Under the pieces are notes generated by a model that saw only the letters and a program-made list of their open reading frames with translations, had not been told where the DNA came from and ran no database searches. Shown here one piece after another: positions 1 through 10,086 of a DNA stretch of 64,000 bases. The position numbers and the translations under genes are program-made. Positions within the stretch are counted from its first letter, which is position 1. Each line of letters begins with the position of its first letter. The stretch spans positions 246,115 to 310,114 of the IMG/VR virus record IMGVR_UViG_3300033571_009404. One strand, written 5' to 3'.

Positions 1-1
1 C

Positions 2-973
2 GAATCGACTCAAGATCAGTCCAATGGTCAAGAAGATAAAGCACAAGGCCAAGAGCAAGCTAAAGAAGTTGTTCAAGCAAGCCAAGCGCCTGTGGAAGGT
101 CAGGAACAAAAAGATCAAAAGCCGCCTGTCGAAGGTAACGTGAAAGATGGTGAAGTCCCTCAAGTCCCTCCTGCTTCCGAAGCCGCTATCGCTGCCCAAG
201 GTGACAAGTCTGCCAACGAAGCTGTCCCGACTTCCGGATCCATCTCCAGTGATGTCCCGCCCACTCCTGAAAAGCCAATCGTCGATGAAGCGTTGGCAGC
301 TGCGATCAACGCTCAAGCCAACGGTCCTAAAACCGTAGCTCCAGCTGAAGTCGTGAACCAGGGTACCAAGGACTCGTCTTCGCAGATCCAGACCCCGGTG
401 GCGACTCCCGTGCCTCCTGCTGTTCCGACTCCTCCGATGCCTGCCATGAAGCTGGCTGACAAAGTGGAAGTCAAGCAAGTTCCGGTGGCTCAAGATTCGA
501 CCGCTACTCCGGGTGTCGTCAGTGAAATGCAAGCCGTGCTGGATTCGGAAAAGATCCCCACTGGTGTGAAGATGGCACTGCATGCGATCCAGAGCTACGA
601 AGAAACCATGAAGGTCGGTCGTCCAGTCAAGACTGAAGTGGGTGCTGCTCAACAACGCGGCCTGTACCTGTCGGTCAAGGCCATCATCGAACAGACCCCG
701 GTGGGCGACTTCAAGCAAGTCTTCCGCTCCCTGCTGAAGACGGTCGAAGCCAACCGCACTGGCTGCTTCGCACCGCACGCTATCTTCCGTTTCCTGAAGG
801 ATGGCAAGCTGAACTCGGAAGAGATCAACATGTTCCGTCAATCGATGGACATGCTGGTGCGTCTGGCCCCGGTGGCTGGTCGTACTGAAACCCTGCGTCA
901 AACCGACATCCGTAAAGCACTGGCTGGTTACAACCCGGCTGCTGTGGATCGTGTCGTTGCTTACTTCGAGTAA
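2..973 (+). CDS. Hypothetical protein, 5'-truncated by the window; Pro/Ala/Gln-rich linker plus a globular C-terminal domain
   Basis: The frame is open from position 2, so the track start at 92 is internal. Strong phage codon bias. Confidence 0.75.
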   Translation, partial: ESTQDQSNGQEDKAQGQEQAKEVVQASQAPVEGQEQKDQKPPVEGNVKDGEVPQVPPASEAAIAAQGDKSANEAVPTSGSISSDVPPTPEKPIVDEALAAAINAQANGPKTVAPAEVVNQGTKDSSSQIQTPVATPVPPAVPTPPMPAMKLADKVEVKQVPVAQDSTATPGVVSEMQAVLDSEKIPTGVKMALHAIQSYEETMKVGRPVKTEVGAAQQRGLYLSVKAIIEQTPVGDFKQVFRSLLKTVEANRTGCFAPHAIFRFLKDGKLNSEEINMFRQSMDMLVRLAPVAGRTETLRQTDIRKALAGYNPAAVDRVVAYFE

Positions 974-991
974 GACCTGCGCCGATAGAGA

Positions 992-1038
992 GCCAATTCC
1001 TATGGAGAGCCTTAATGGTTATCTCCATGGGGATTGGC
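992..1038 (+). terminator. Intergenic stem-loop (17 bp, two G-U pairs)
   Basis: GCCAATTCCTATGGAGA ... TCTCCATGGGGATTGGC between two + strand genes. Confidence 0.55.
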
Positions 1039-1061
1039 CCCTATTACGTTAGGAGAAAAAG

Positions 1062-2024
1062 ATGAGTCTGGATCCAGCTAAGATGGATACGAACCACATC
1101 AAGAATGTACAGAAAGTACTTAACGATAAGTTGGGGAGTAACCTTGAGATTACGGGTAAGTTTGATATTTTAACCCGTGTCGCACTCGCTAGGTTTCAGC
1201 GTAAGATGCAAATACCAGAGACATGCAACTACGATGAAGCTACACAGCTGTTGATTGAACCATCGATTAAAGGAGTTAGCATGTCTGACAACGGATTAGT
1301 AATTACTCAAGACCAGTTCCGTCAAATGGTCGGCACTGATGCAGCGACTGCAGCTGCTTGGTATGAACCCATGACTGCCGCGATGGTGGAGTGCGGTATT
1401 GTCACCAAACTGGATGCCTGTGCATTCTTGGCTCAAATCGGTCATGAGACCAATGGCTTAAAAGTTCTGTCCGAGAACCTGAACTACAGCGCCGATGGTC
1501 TGGCTAATACTTGGCCCAACCGCTACGCTGAAGTTGTGAACGGTCAGTACGTCAAAGTACCAGCACCTACTCCAGCAGGTCGTCCTACTGTTGGTACCCC
1601 CGTCATGCGTTATAAACCCAATGCACTGGCATTGAAGTTAAACCGCAATCCTCAAGCGATCGCTAACAACGTCTATGCTAATCGCTTAGGTAATGGCGAT
1701 GAAGCTTCTGGTGATGGTTGGAACCATCGTGGCATGGGTCCTATCCAGTTAACGGGTAAAGACAACCAAGCTACCATGGGTAAGAAGTTGGGTGTAGATC
1801 TGGTAGCTAACCCTGAACTCCTGATGCAGCCTGTTATCGGTAGTCGTGCTTCGGCACACTTCTGGTTAGACAATGGCGTTTCTGCATTCGCTAACAAGGG
1901 TGACTTTGATGGCGTATCGGACAAAGTCAATCTGGGTCGTAAGACTGAGAAGATTGGCGATGCGATTGGCTATGCTGATCGTCTGTCCCGTTTCAATGCT
2001 AACCGCAAGCTGCTGAATGTGTAA
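1062..2024 (+). CDS. Modular endolysin: N-terminal peptidoglycan-binding domain plus glycoside hydrolase family 19 domain
   Basis: PG-binding pattern VQKVLN..TGKFD..TR.AL.RFQ; GH19 motifs AFLAQIGHET, ENLNYS, GDGWNHRGMGPIQLTGKDN. Confidence 0.9.
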   Translation: MSLDPAKMDTNHIKNVQKVLNDKLGSNLEITGKFDILTRVALARFQRKMQIPETCNYDEATQLLIEPSIKGVSMSDNGLVITQDQFRQMVGTDAATAAAWYEPMTAAMVECGIVTKLDACAFLAQIGHETNGLKVLSENLNYSADGLANTWPNRYAEVVNGQYVKVPAPTPAGRPTVGTPVMRYKPNALALKLNRNPQAIANNVYANRLGNGDEASGDGWNHRGMGPIQLTGKDNQATMGKKLGVDLVANPELLMQPVIGSRASAHFWLDNGVSAFANKGDFDGVSDKVNLGRKTEKIGDAIGYADRLSRFNANRKLLNV

Positions 2025-2029
2025 CTGAC

Positions 2030-2079
2030 GGCATATGTCCCCGACACCTCCTTGTGAGAAGTGTCGGGGACTGTATGAC
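2030..2079. terminator. Bidirectional terminator between convergent genes
   Basis: GGCATA..TCCCCGACAC-loop-GTGTCGGGGA..TATGACC between the endolysin (+) and polymerase (-) genes. Confidence 0.7.
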
Positions 2080-2089
2080 CGCAGATCCT

Positions 2090-3919
2090 CTATACGGTCA
2101 TGACCTCCATGCTAGTGAGGTTAGGGGGCACTAAGATTTGATTGGTTTCAGGTGGAGGTAATGCAGGCGTTTCAGCAGCTAAGTCTTTAGCTAACTGAGC
2201 TTCCCATGCGGTCAGTTCAGCACAATTGAACAAACCAACAGCGACTTCAATAGCATTGACTGGACCCCCTGAGAGGTTGATCCCCTGACGTCGACGTTCA
2301 AGTTCAGACACGCCTTCGATAGAGCACAGTTCACGCCATGTAGTACGCTTACAAATGTTAAACACAGAACCACCATTCGGATAAGATGCTGACACGTCTA
2401 AGTCAGCCACCTGAATACGAATGTTTGTTCGTAACGTTGGATCTTCCTCAATGATGCATAGACCATTGTCAGCTACCAAGTGTGCTGGTAGGGTAATGAT
2501 CCATTCAGAGTTGGCAATCGTTAAATCATCTAGCGGTGTCTTAAGACTATCGCCAGCAGTACCGATGACCTTGTTCTTCTCCAACAAGAAGTAATGTAGT
2601 TCCGACACTAAGCGTGTAGGTTGAGACTTAAACTTAGCAAAGTCAGCGCAACCTGCCATAGACGGCACTTGCAGTGACAAGTCAAGCGTAGTCTCATCGA
2701 GTTCTTCCATCGAGATGCAGTCAAATACGTTGTAGATGACATATTCAAGAGGATAGTTCGATTGCATGAACATGTGCCATTCTGCTTTATGCAGATGGTC
2801 AGCTTCTTTGAACTTCAGTTTACGAATACCTAACTTTTTATCCAGAATCGCATCGAGGGCATAAGACGGTTCTTCACCATCAGCAATACGGATAAGCTTG
2901 TAAGCACACATGCCGTCGATCCAATAGAACGAGGACGGGCAGTGCACGGTATTCCAACGCTCATGGTTCTTCAGCGGTTTGACTTTACCGGAGGCTGAGA
3001 CAAACTGAGTAGGACCAGGGGCGTACTTGAAGAACTTGAAGTTACGAGGTACGGATGGATCGCAGAAGATATCAGCTGGATCTACACCTTTCTTCTCCAA
3101 CGCATGCAGCATCAACGGCATGTCGAAGTCGATGTTCCACACAGTCATGAAGTCAGGTTTCCATTCGTGTGCTTTTTGCATACAACGACGAATGACGTCT
3201 ACTTCGCTATCGACGATCTCCACTTCCCACTGCAAGCCGCGCTTCTTAATAAAGTCAACGGACTCACCGTTGGAGTTAGTGAAGTCGCCTAGGTAGTACT
3301 TAAACTTCTCTTGCAGTCGATTAATCACATCAGCATGACCCTCAACAAAGAAACGCTGCACCGCAGTGTAGACACGTCCTTTGTAAGAAACCGTTGCCAT
3401 GTTGATTTCATCAGTACCATGCACCATGTCTTTTTCAGTATCGAATGCTGCCACTGAATACTGAGTGTTCAGATCAGGGAAGTTATTTTGATACTTACGT
3501 TTGATGACAGATACCGATGGAATGTCAGCGCCATAAAGGAACGGACTATTCGACAGTTGTTTGTAACTCCCACGGAAACCAGGATTACCTAATGCCCGTG
3601 CGATGTTGCGGTTCAGTTGAGACTGCGTGCTCTTAAACTCAAGAAGCTTACTGACATCTTCTTCTTCTTTTTTATCCTTGTGATCACGAAACCCAGGTTT
3701 GGTGATCCAGAAGGGTCGTTCAAAGTCCCGTAGATAACGCAAATGCGGAACGGTGGTTCCATCCTTTAAGTGGATGTTTTCTTTTACCATGTGTAAATCA
3801 TGGTCACTACCAAACTGATCGCGGCAAAACACAGCAAAACGGCATTCGATGCCAGCGATGTCTTCACGTGCTAACTTTACTTGCTGTCCTTGTTGTGACA
3901 TAGAGACTTCCTTAATCAC
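2090..3919 (-). CDS. Split family-B DNA polymerase subunit (3'-5' exonuclease plus motif A), phiKZ gp82-like; start may be 3901
   Basis: Exo I FDTEKD, Exo II WNIDFD, Exo III YNVFDC; PolB motif A DLDVSASYP near the C-terminus; no motif B or C recognised. Confidence 0.85.
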   Translation of the reverse strand: MIKEVSMSQQGQQVKLAREDIAGIECRFAVFCRDQFGSDHDLHMVKENIHLKDGTTVPHLRYLRDFERPFWITKPGFRDHKDKKEEEDVSKLLEFKSTQSQLNRNIARALGNPGFRGSYKQLSNSPFLYGADIPSVSVIKRKYQNNFPDLNTQYSVAAFDTEKDMVHGTDEINMATVSYKGRVYTAVQRFFVEGHADVINRLQEKFKYYLGDFTNSNGESVDFIKKRGLQWEVEIVDSEVDVIRRCMQKAHEWKPDFMTVWNIDFDMPLMLHALEKKGVDPADIFCDPSVPRNFKFFKYAPGPTQFVSASGKVKPLKNHERWNTVHCPSSFYWIDGMCAYKLIRIADGEEPSYALDAILDKKLGIRKLKFKEADHLHKAEWHMFMQSNYPLEYVIYNVFDCISMEELDETTLDLSLQVPSMAGCADFAKFKSQPTRLVSELHYFLLEKNKVIGTAGDSLKTPLDDLTIANSEWIITLPAHLVADNGLCIIEEDPTLRTNIRIQVADLDVSASYPNGGSVFNICKRTTWRELCSIEGVSELERRRQGINLSGGPVNAIEVAVGLFNCAELTAWEAQLAKDLAAETPALPPPETNQILVPPNLTSMEVMTV

Positions 3920-4037
3920 TATGAGTGTAAGACTGATTTAAGTCCGTACGACTCGTTATTTTGACCTTACAAAGTATATAGTCTTGCGATTTATTTCTAC
4001 TTCGTTTACAAATAGACAATCTCCTCGGAGTGGCCAA

Positions 4038-5369
4038 ATGACCATGAAAAAACGAGGTCACGACTTTCAGGTAGCACTGGAGTCGATCGACTTTCAAAAC
4101 AACTCATTCTTCGTTGAGTTGACAAACCTTATCAAGGAAGCCCGCGAGGAGCTAAAGGGTAAGTCTGATGATCAGATGCGGTTGTTAGCACCTGACTACA
4201 CTGATCGCTTTACTGCCATTGTGCACAAGTATACGAAATCAGCCATTCGTGCTGAGATCAATGACCAAGCCAGTACGAACTGGATGGGTCCTTATGCACT
4301 GGCACCGTCTCTGAACAAGAATCACCCGTTAATCAATGACTTCCGTCGTCGTCATTTTGATAACGCTGATTTAAAGAAACTGACTCGCGATGTTGCTACC
4401 ATCTCGGGTTCTGTTGATCTGCGTACTGGTTACGTGTCGGGTGGTTTCGCTCGCATTGAAGCGACTCTTGTGATTCCGGTTCGCTGGATTCGTCACGACT
4501 ACTTAACCGAGGAAGAAGTCGCGGCTGTGTGTTTGCATGAAGTGGGTCACATCCTAACATACTTCGAGTACATTGCTCGTAGTGTGAGTACCAATCAGGT
4601 TCTAGCATTCATCAGTAAGACCTACACTGGTCAGACTTATGTTGAACGTGAGAAGATCTTGGTTGCTGCTAAGGAAGTTCTCAACCTGAAGAATCTGAAG
4701 CCAGAAGAATTGGCTAAGATGGATGATGCTGAGAATGTGAACGTCGTCATCGTAACCGAAGCCGTTCAACAGTCTCGTTCTGAACTGGGTTCGAACATTT
4801 ACGACTACACCAGCTTCGAGCAGTTAGCCGATGACTACGCTGCTCGCATGGGTGCGGCTCGTGCTATGGTCACAGGCTTAGAGAAGCTGCATAAGGGTGA
4901 CTTCCTCGTTCGCAATCGTGCATCGTACTTCATCTTAGAAGCAAATAAGCTGCTGATGTTGGTTGGTGGTATTGGCAGTGCGTTATTGGGTGGTGTTGGT
5001 ATCATCTTTGGCGTCGTGGCGCTACTCATGTACGCTGGTCGAGTTAGTATGGATTCTAACAAGGACGCTAGCCCCGCTTACGATACACCGCGTGATCGCT
5101 TCCAACGACTGCGTAATCAGTTAGTAGCAGCGATGAAAGACAAGAAGCTACCTGCCGAGATGGCCAAGCAATACGCCGAAGACATCAAGGTAATCGACGA
5201 AATCCTGGATCGTATTCCCGGCAACCGCCAACTGTACGACGTCATTCGTGAGTATATCAATCCGTTCACTCGTAAGGCACGCAATCAGATGATGCTGCAA
5301 CGCGAGTTGGAAGACTTAGCTCACAATGACTTGTTCCTTGTGGCACAAGACATCAAGAATCAATCTTAA
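4038..5369 (+). CDS. Virion head protein with a zincin (M48-like) metallopeptidase motif
   Basis: HEVGH (HExxH) plus downstream EQLADDYAARMG; N-terminal ALE protease site; SD GGAG before ATG 4038. Confidence 0.7.
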   Translation: MTMKKRGHDFQVALESIDFQNNSFFVELTNLIKEAREELKGKSDDQMRLLAPDYTDRFTAIVHKYTKSAIRAEINDQASTNWMGPYALAPSLNKNHPLINDFRRRHFDNADLKKLTRDVATISGSVDLRTGYVSGGFARIEATLVIPVRWIRHDYLTEEEVAAVCLHEVGHILTYFEYIARSVSTNQVLAFISKTYTGQTYVEREKILVAAKEVLNLKNLKPEELAKMDDAENVNVVIVTEAVQQSRSELGSNIYDYTSFEQLADDYAARMGAARAMVTGLEKLHKGDFLVRNRASYFILEANKLLMLVGGIGSALLGGVGIIFGVVALLMYAGRVSMDSNKDASPAYDTPRDRFQRLRNQLVAAMKDKKLPAEMAKQYAEDIKVIDEILDRIPGNRQLYDVIREYINPFTRKARNQMMLQRELEDLAHNDLFLVAQDIKNQS

Positions 5370-5380
5370 CTGGAAACATC

Positions 5381-6997
5381 ATGGCCAACAAATTTGCATT
5401 TCTCGAAGACGTAGCATCGAAGCTGTCTCTGGATCCTTTCAACCGTGCCAAGATCATCGCTTCTGCTGTGGCCTTAGTCGCAGTCTACAAAGCTCCGATC
5501 CCGACGACTGAAGTGGGTAGTTCGCAAAACCACTATCGCAATCAAGTCGCCACTGTGGTGAATGATCTGCTGTCCCAAATCGGCGAAGGCGCCGTGATGG
5601 ACTTCAAGTTCGCCAAGGAACTGGCTCAGGCTCTGTGGCTGGTTCGCTACAATTCCGTCTACAGCCCGGCATTCCCGTTTGGTTGCACGGAAGAAGGTTT
5701 CTTCGACCAAGTGTTCGGTGTTTCCCGCTACGTGGCTAAGGACGCCCATTGCTTCTTGAACGAGAACAAGGCATGCATCTTCGCACTGGCATTGCCGCTG
5801 TACAACAACATCAAGAATCTGGAAGCTGCTCAGAATTCTGCTGATCTTTCTGCTTCTGGTAATTCGATATTGATGGTTTCTCCTGTGCCGTCGCCTGCGA
5901 TGATCTCGGCTGAAGATGAATCATCGACTTCCCTACCATCCGGTCAAGAAGCTGTTAAGGAAGCCGATGGTACCATCCCCTCGACTGAACAGACCGCCAA
6001 AACCGTGGATGAGTTCGATACTGCATCCCCTGAAATGGTTTCCATCTCGCAAGAAGGTTTTGCCGGTGGCTTGGTCGGTTTCCTCGTGGGTTCAACTGGT
6101 TGGGTTCCGTTCGTGGGTCCTGCAATTCAAGCAGCAGCTAAGACCAAGCGTCTGAAGTTACGTGAAGATATTCAGACCATCGCCAAGCGTATCGCTCAAG
6201 TTCGCAATGGTCAAATCGAAGAAGCTAAGAAGAATGGTACTAAACTTCCGAAGATTCTGAAAAATATCGATTACATTGAGATCATTAAATCGGCCATTCT
6301 TGGTCAGGTATTCGGTGGTTTCTATGGCGCTTGGCAAGGTTCTGACTTACAGAACCTGAACAACCAACTGCAATCCAAACTGAAAGAACTGGAAGCCGAA
6401 CTGGAACGTGCCGGTATTTCCACTGAAGCATTTTGGGAATCGGTGCCGAGTGCATTGAAGCCTTCTCTGGAAGACAGCGACTATTCTGACCCGATCGATT
6501 CCAATGGTCCTTCCCTGAAGGAAACTTTCGAGAAGGTGGTGGATGCTTACGTCGAGAACGCACCTGACGAAGCTGAAGGTCTTAAGAATGCTTCTGGCAT
6601 TACTGAAGATGAAGTCAAGGAACTGGAAACTGAAGGTGGTCGTCCGGTGCCTGAGTCGGTCAGTGAAATCCTGTCGATCTCTAACGGTCCGGCTGGTGAC
6701 TATGGTTTCTTCGGTGACCATGACCTCATGAAGTCCGATGACATCGCCGCTTCCCTGAAAGAAGAAGTCAAAGTAACCTCGACCGATGATCGTGTGGATG
6801 CTGACAGTACCGATCAATGGTATCCGTTCGCAGCCAACGAAAACGGTGACAAACTCTTTGTGGATGAAAGCAAAGACGGTCAAGTTGTGGAAGTCAATGG
6901 TGAATCCGGTGAAGCTACGTATGTCGCTCCTTCCATGGAAGCGTTCTACGATCAGGTCTCCGGTCTGACCCTGAAGTCCCTGAAGAAACGTAAGTAA
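5381..6997 (+). CDS. Multi-domain head/ejection protein with a hydrophobic glycine-zipper hairpin and a C-terminal SMI1/KNR4 (SUKH) domain
   Basis: Several S-x-E sites; C-terminal pattern G.T.DEV.ELE..GG..VP..V..IL..SNG ... WYPFA.N.NGD.LFVD..DGQV......VAPSMEAF. Confidence 0.7.
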   Translation: MANKFAFLEDVASKLSLDPFNRAKIIASAVALVAVYKAPIPTTEVGSSQNHYRNQVATVVNDLLSQIGEGAVMDFKFAKELAQALWLVRYNSVYSPAFPFGCTEEGFFDQVFGVSRYVAKDAHCFLNENKACIFALALPLYNNIKNLEAAQNSADLSASGNSILMVSPVPSPAMISAEDESSTSLPSGQEAVKEADGTIPSTEQTAKTVDEFDTASPEMVSISQEGFAGGLVGFLVGSTGWVPFVGPAIQAAAKTKRLKLREDIQTIAKRIAQVRNGQIEEAKKNGTKLPKILKNIDYIEIIKSAILGQVFGGFYGAWQGSDLQNLNNQLQSKLKELEAELERAGISTEAFWESVPSALKPSLEDSDYSDPIDSNGPSLKETFEKVVDAYVENAPDEAEGLKNASGITEDEVKELETEGGRPVPESVSEILSISNGPAGDYGFFGDHDLMKSDDIAASLKEEVKVTSTDDRVDADSTDQWYPFAANENGDKLFVDESKDGQVVEVNGESGEATYVAPSMEAFYDQVSGLTLKSLKKRK

Positions 6998-7010
6998 GAA
7001 GGAGAACCTG

Positions 7011-8552
7011 ATGAGTCGTCGTAACCAAGTCAGTGTCGAGGATTTCAATCAGGTTCTCGGCGTTCAACAACAGCCTGTCCCAGCACAAGACATCAGTACC
7101 CAGCAAAACATGACTGGTGACCCGTTCTTGGATGGTGCTGTTGACTTCGATAGCATCGGTGAAGAACCCCGTCCGATGGCGGGGGATCTTTTCGAAGATG
7201 TGACTCCGGGTACTTTCCCGGAGATGAAAGAAGAAGTCAACCTGACCGCTGAGATCCAATCCTCGCTGGAAAACTTACAAACCGTCCTGGAAGATATCAA
7301 GCGTGCTGGTGGTATGTCTCATGCCATCGCTCTGGAATGCCATAGCGTCGTGCCTGGCTTTGATATCCCGGTCAATCGCTTTACCAAGCATCCGACCAAG
7401 ACTCAGTACAGTGCGTCGCTGGAGTCGATTGCTGATTCGATCATCTCGGCCTGCGTGCGGGCTTTCAAGTATATCCGTCAGGCTATTCTGAAAGTGCTGT
7501 ACTGGATGGTGGGTAAGGAATACAAACCTGAAAACCCCCATACCTCGGAGCAGTCGACTTTGGACGAGATTCAACCTCTGCCACAAGAAGTCACATCTGC
7601 TGTTCTGGAGAAGTTGAAAGAATCGTCTCAAGACATCGCAGAAGCCAAGGGCGTGCTGTCTGACATCCATTACCAAGTGCAGAACTTTGAACAGATTGCA
7701 GCAACTTCTGGCATCGAGTACAAAGACGCTGCTGGTAACATGGAGTGGTACAAAGATCCTGAGAAGTACATCAAGGACATGAACTACGCCAATGGCAATG
7801 AAACCGAACAGAAGGTGTTTGAGTTCATGACCAAGGGTGATCGTGTCCATTCGGATCTGGCAACCAACGGTCAGTTCGTTCAACTGTTTACGGAAGTTGA
7901 GCGACTGATGGATGAAGCTGCACAGCACAACCAGCAAGTGTTGCAAACGTATCAGACCGAACGTTCTATCGAACCTTTGCAGCCTTTGCTGACTAAGGGC
8001 GAGCAGATCATCGAGAAGGCAAAGTCGATCGAAGAAGAAGCCATGAATCGTGACTTCAGTAAGTCTTCGGTTGGTACGCGCCGTCTTGCTGAACTGATGA
8101 AGCCGTTTGATCGCGTGCAACCGCTGACGGCTGATGGTGTTGGTAAGTGCGCAAGCTTAGTTCAAAGTCTCAGTTCGTTTAATGAGATTGCTAAGACTGG
8201 TCAAGAACTCGCTACCAAGTATAGCCAAAGTAACGGCATTACTGCTGACGGTACTGAAGACCTGCGTGCACAGATTCAAGCCACCAATGCGGTTATCCGT
8301 GATTCGATGTCGATCGTCAAGGTAATTGGTGCATTCTTCCGTGTTACCAATGAGACTGCACGCTCTGCTCGTAACTACAGTAATGTTCTGTCGTTCCTGG
8401 TGAATAACATCGCCAACAAGAGCATCCCTGGTAAGGACGAGCGTAGCCTGGATAACTTAAAGCGCATGCAAGAAGCGGCTAAGGTTATCCGTCAGGACCT
8501 GACTAAGTATTCGATCATCATGGGTAAAGTGATGAACGCTCGTGCTGTATAA
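7011..8552 (+). CDS. Virion head (ejection/inner-body) protein
   Basis: Acidic propeptide with SVE, SLE, ALE and SLE sites, then a helical body. Paralogous to the next gene (both have YW.[LV]GKEYK). Confidence 0.7.
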   Translation: MSRRNQVSVEDFNQVLGVQQQPVPAQDISTQQNMTGDPFLDGAVDFDSIGEEPRPMAGDLFEDVTPGTFPEMKEEVNLTAEIQSSLENLQTVLEDIKRAGGMSHAIALECHSVVPGFDIPVNRFTKHPTKTQYSASLESIADSIISACVRAFKYIRQAILKVLYWMVGKEYKPENPHTSEQSTLDEIQPLPQEVTSAVLEKLKESSQDIAEAKGVLSDIHYQVQNFEQIAATSGIEYKDAAGNMEWYKDPEKYIKDMNYANGNETEQKVFEFMTKGDRVHSDLATNGQFVQLFTEVERLMDEAAQHNQQVLQTYQTERSIEPLQPLLTKGEQIIEKAKSIEEEAMNRDFSKSSVGTRRLAELMKPFDRVQPLTADGVGKCASLVQSLSSFNEIAKTGQELATKYSQSNGITADGTEDLRAQIQATNAVIRDSMSIVKVIGAFFRVTNETARSARNYSNVLSFLVNNIANKSIPGKDERSLDNLKRMQEAAKVIRQDLTKYSIIMGKVMNARAV

Positions 8553-8565
8553 CTGAAAGACCAAC

Positions 8566-10026
8566 ATGTCCCGTCGCTACCATTATTCGATGGAAGACTT
8601 CGCGGCCGATGTCAACGTGATCGCGTCTCATGGACCTCTGGGTCCGGGACCCGATCACGAAGAGATCGAACCCGCTGAACCTGAAATCGATACCAACAAT
8701 GAACTGTTGGAACAATTCGAAGAAGTTGATGAATTCAACGAAACTGTCAGTGAGATTGAAGCAGGTCAAGCTGAGATCAGTGAACTGAGTGCTTCTTTGG
8801 AATCTGCTCAAACTTTGCGTCAGCAGATCAAAACACTCGGCATGTCTATGAGTGCAGCTACTGAAGCACGTAAGTTAGATCCATCTTTCAAGGTTGATAT
8901 GACTCGGGTGACCAGTAAGCGTAGTTCTTCTCAACAAACCGTTTCGGTGGAAGGTTTGGGGCAAGCTATCTGGAATATCACTGTACGTTTGTTTAAAGCG
9001 ATTCGTCGCCAGATCATGCGAGTATTTTATTGGATCCTCGGTAAGGAATACAAGGAACCAGTAGATCGTGACATCAATATCATCTCGGCTAAACAAGCTT
9101 TTGAAGTGATTCATGCAACCGCATTGAATAAAGATATCATGCGTGAAGCATTGTCAAAACTTCAAAAGCGTAGTGCATCTGCAAGTTCAGCTACAACTGC
9201 ATTGATTCTTCTTAACAGGAAGATGACAAAGTTAGCCGACTTTATGAAGACATACACCTATGTGGGTACGTCTGGTTCTACCACATGGAGTGGACTGAAG
9301 GATTTCTTCGGTGATGACTCCGCTATTGTTCCAGTGTTACTTGGCACGGATGGTTTCAATCAGGCATTGAATGATAGTGGTCAGTTTAGTGTGTCGCGCT
9401 TCTTTGACATAGTCAAGGCCACGGGTAAGATAGGTGTTCAAGAAGTCAGCCACTTGAAGTCGATTCAGGCGTCTTTATTCAATACCATACTTCATGAGGA
9501 CGCCGTGATTGACGATCGAGAGATCGAAAACGTGATCCATAAATTGGAGGGTGTGCTCGGTCTGTCGACCCTAGAAGACATGATCGATCACTGGCGGAAT
9601 ACGGAAGGAAAATCCAATTTGGATGATGTTCACGTATTTGCAAATATGTTTGATGGTTATATCGATGCGTTCAGTGATGTCAGTGAATCGTCGAATGCAA
9701 TTGTCAAACTGATCTCAGAAGTAGTCGATTTCGATTATGCCCCTGAGAAGTATGCAGATATCCTGAAGAATGTGGATGAAGCTCGCTATAGTTACGTGTT
9801 GGAAAACAACAACCGTATCATCTCTGCACTGAATCTCTTAACGAGGTTCATCACTATCAATCAGATGGCGAATATCGAACTGGATAGTCGTGCCAAGGGA
9901 CGTGTCATGGCAGTCAATGCTGCTATGGTGATGCTCGGTAGCCGTAGTGAAAAGAAAGATGCGATATTTGCAGATGTCCGTAAGGAATGCGATTCTGTTT
10001 TTGATGCATTGAAAAAGCTTGATTAA
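8566..10026 (+). CDS. Virion head (ejection/inner-body) protein, paralog of 7011-8552
   Basis: YSMED, ASLES and VSVEG sites; shared FKAIR..I.RV.YWILGKEYK segment. Confidence 0.7.
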   Translation: MSRRYHYSMEDFAADVNVIASHGPLGPGPDHEEIEPAEPEIDTNNELLEQFEEVDEFNETVSEIEAGQAEISELSASLESAQTLRQQIKTLGMSMSAATEARKLDPSFKVDMTRVTSKRSSSQQTVSVEGLGQAIWNITVRLFKAIRRQIMRVFYWILGKEYKEPVDRDINIISAKQAFEVIHATALNKDIMREALSKLQKRSASASSATTALILLNRKMTKLADFMKTYTYVGTSGSTTWSGLKDFFGDDSAIVPVLLGTDGFNQALNDSGQFSVSRFFDIVKATGKIGVQEVSHLKSIQASLFNTILHEDAVIDDREIENVIHKLEGVLGLSTLEDMIDHWRNTEGKSNLDDVHVFANMFDGYIDAFSDVSESSNAIVKLISEVVDFDYAPEKYADILKNVDEARYSYVLENNNRIISALNLLTRFITINQMANIELDSRAKGRVMAVNAAMVMLGSRSEKKDAIFADVRKECDSVFDALKKLD

Positions 10027-10033
10027 ATCGACG

Positions 10034-10070
10034 TCATAGACCCCACCCGAAAGGGTGGGGCTTTATGACC
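10034..10070. terminator. Bidirectional terminator
   Basis: GTCATA-GACCCCACCC GAAA GGGTGGGG-CTTTATGACC between convergent genes. Confidence 0.8.
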
Positions 10071-10086
10071 TTACTTTTCTTTTTGC

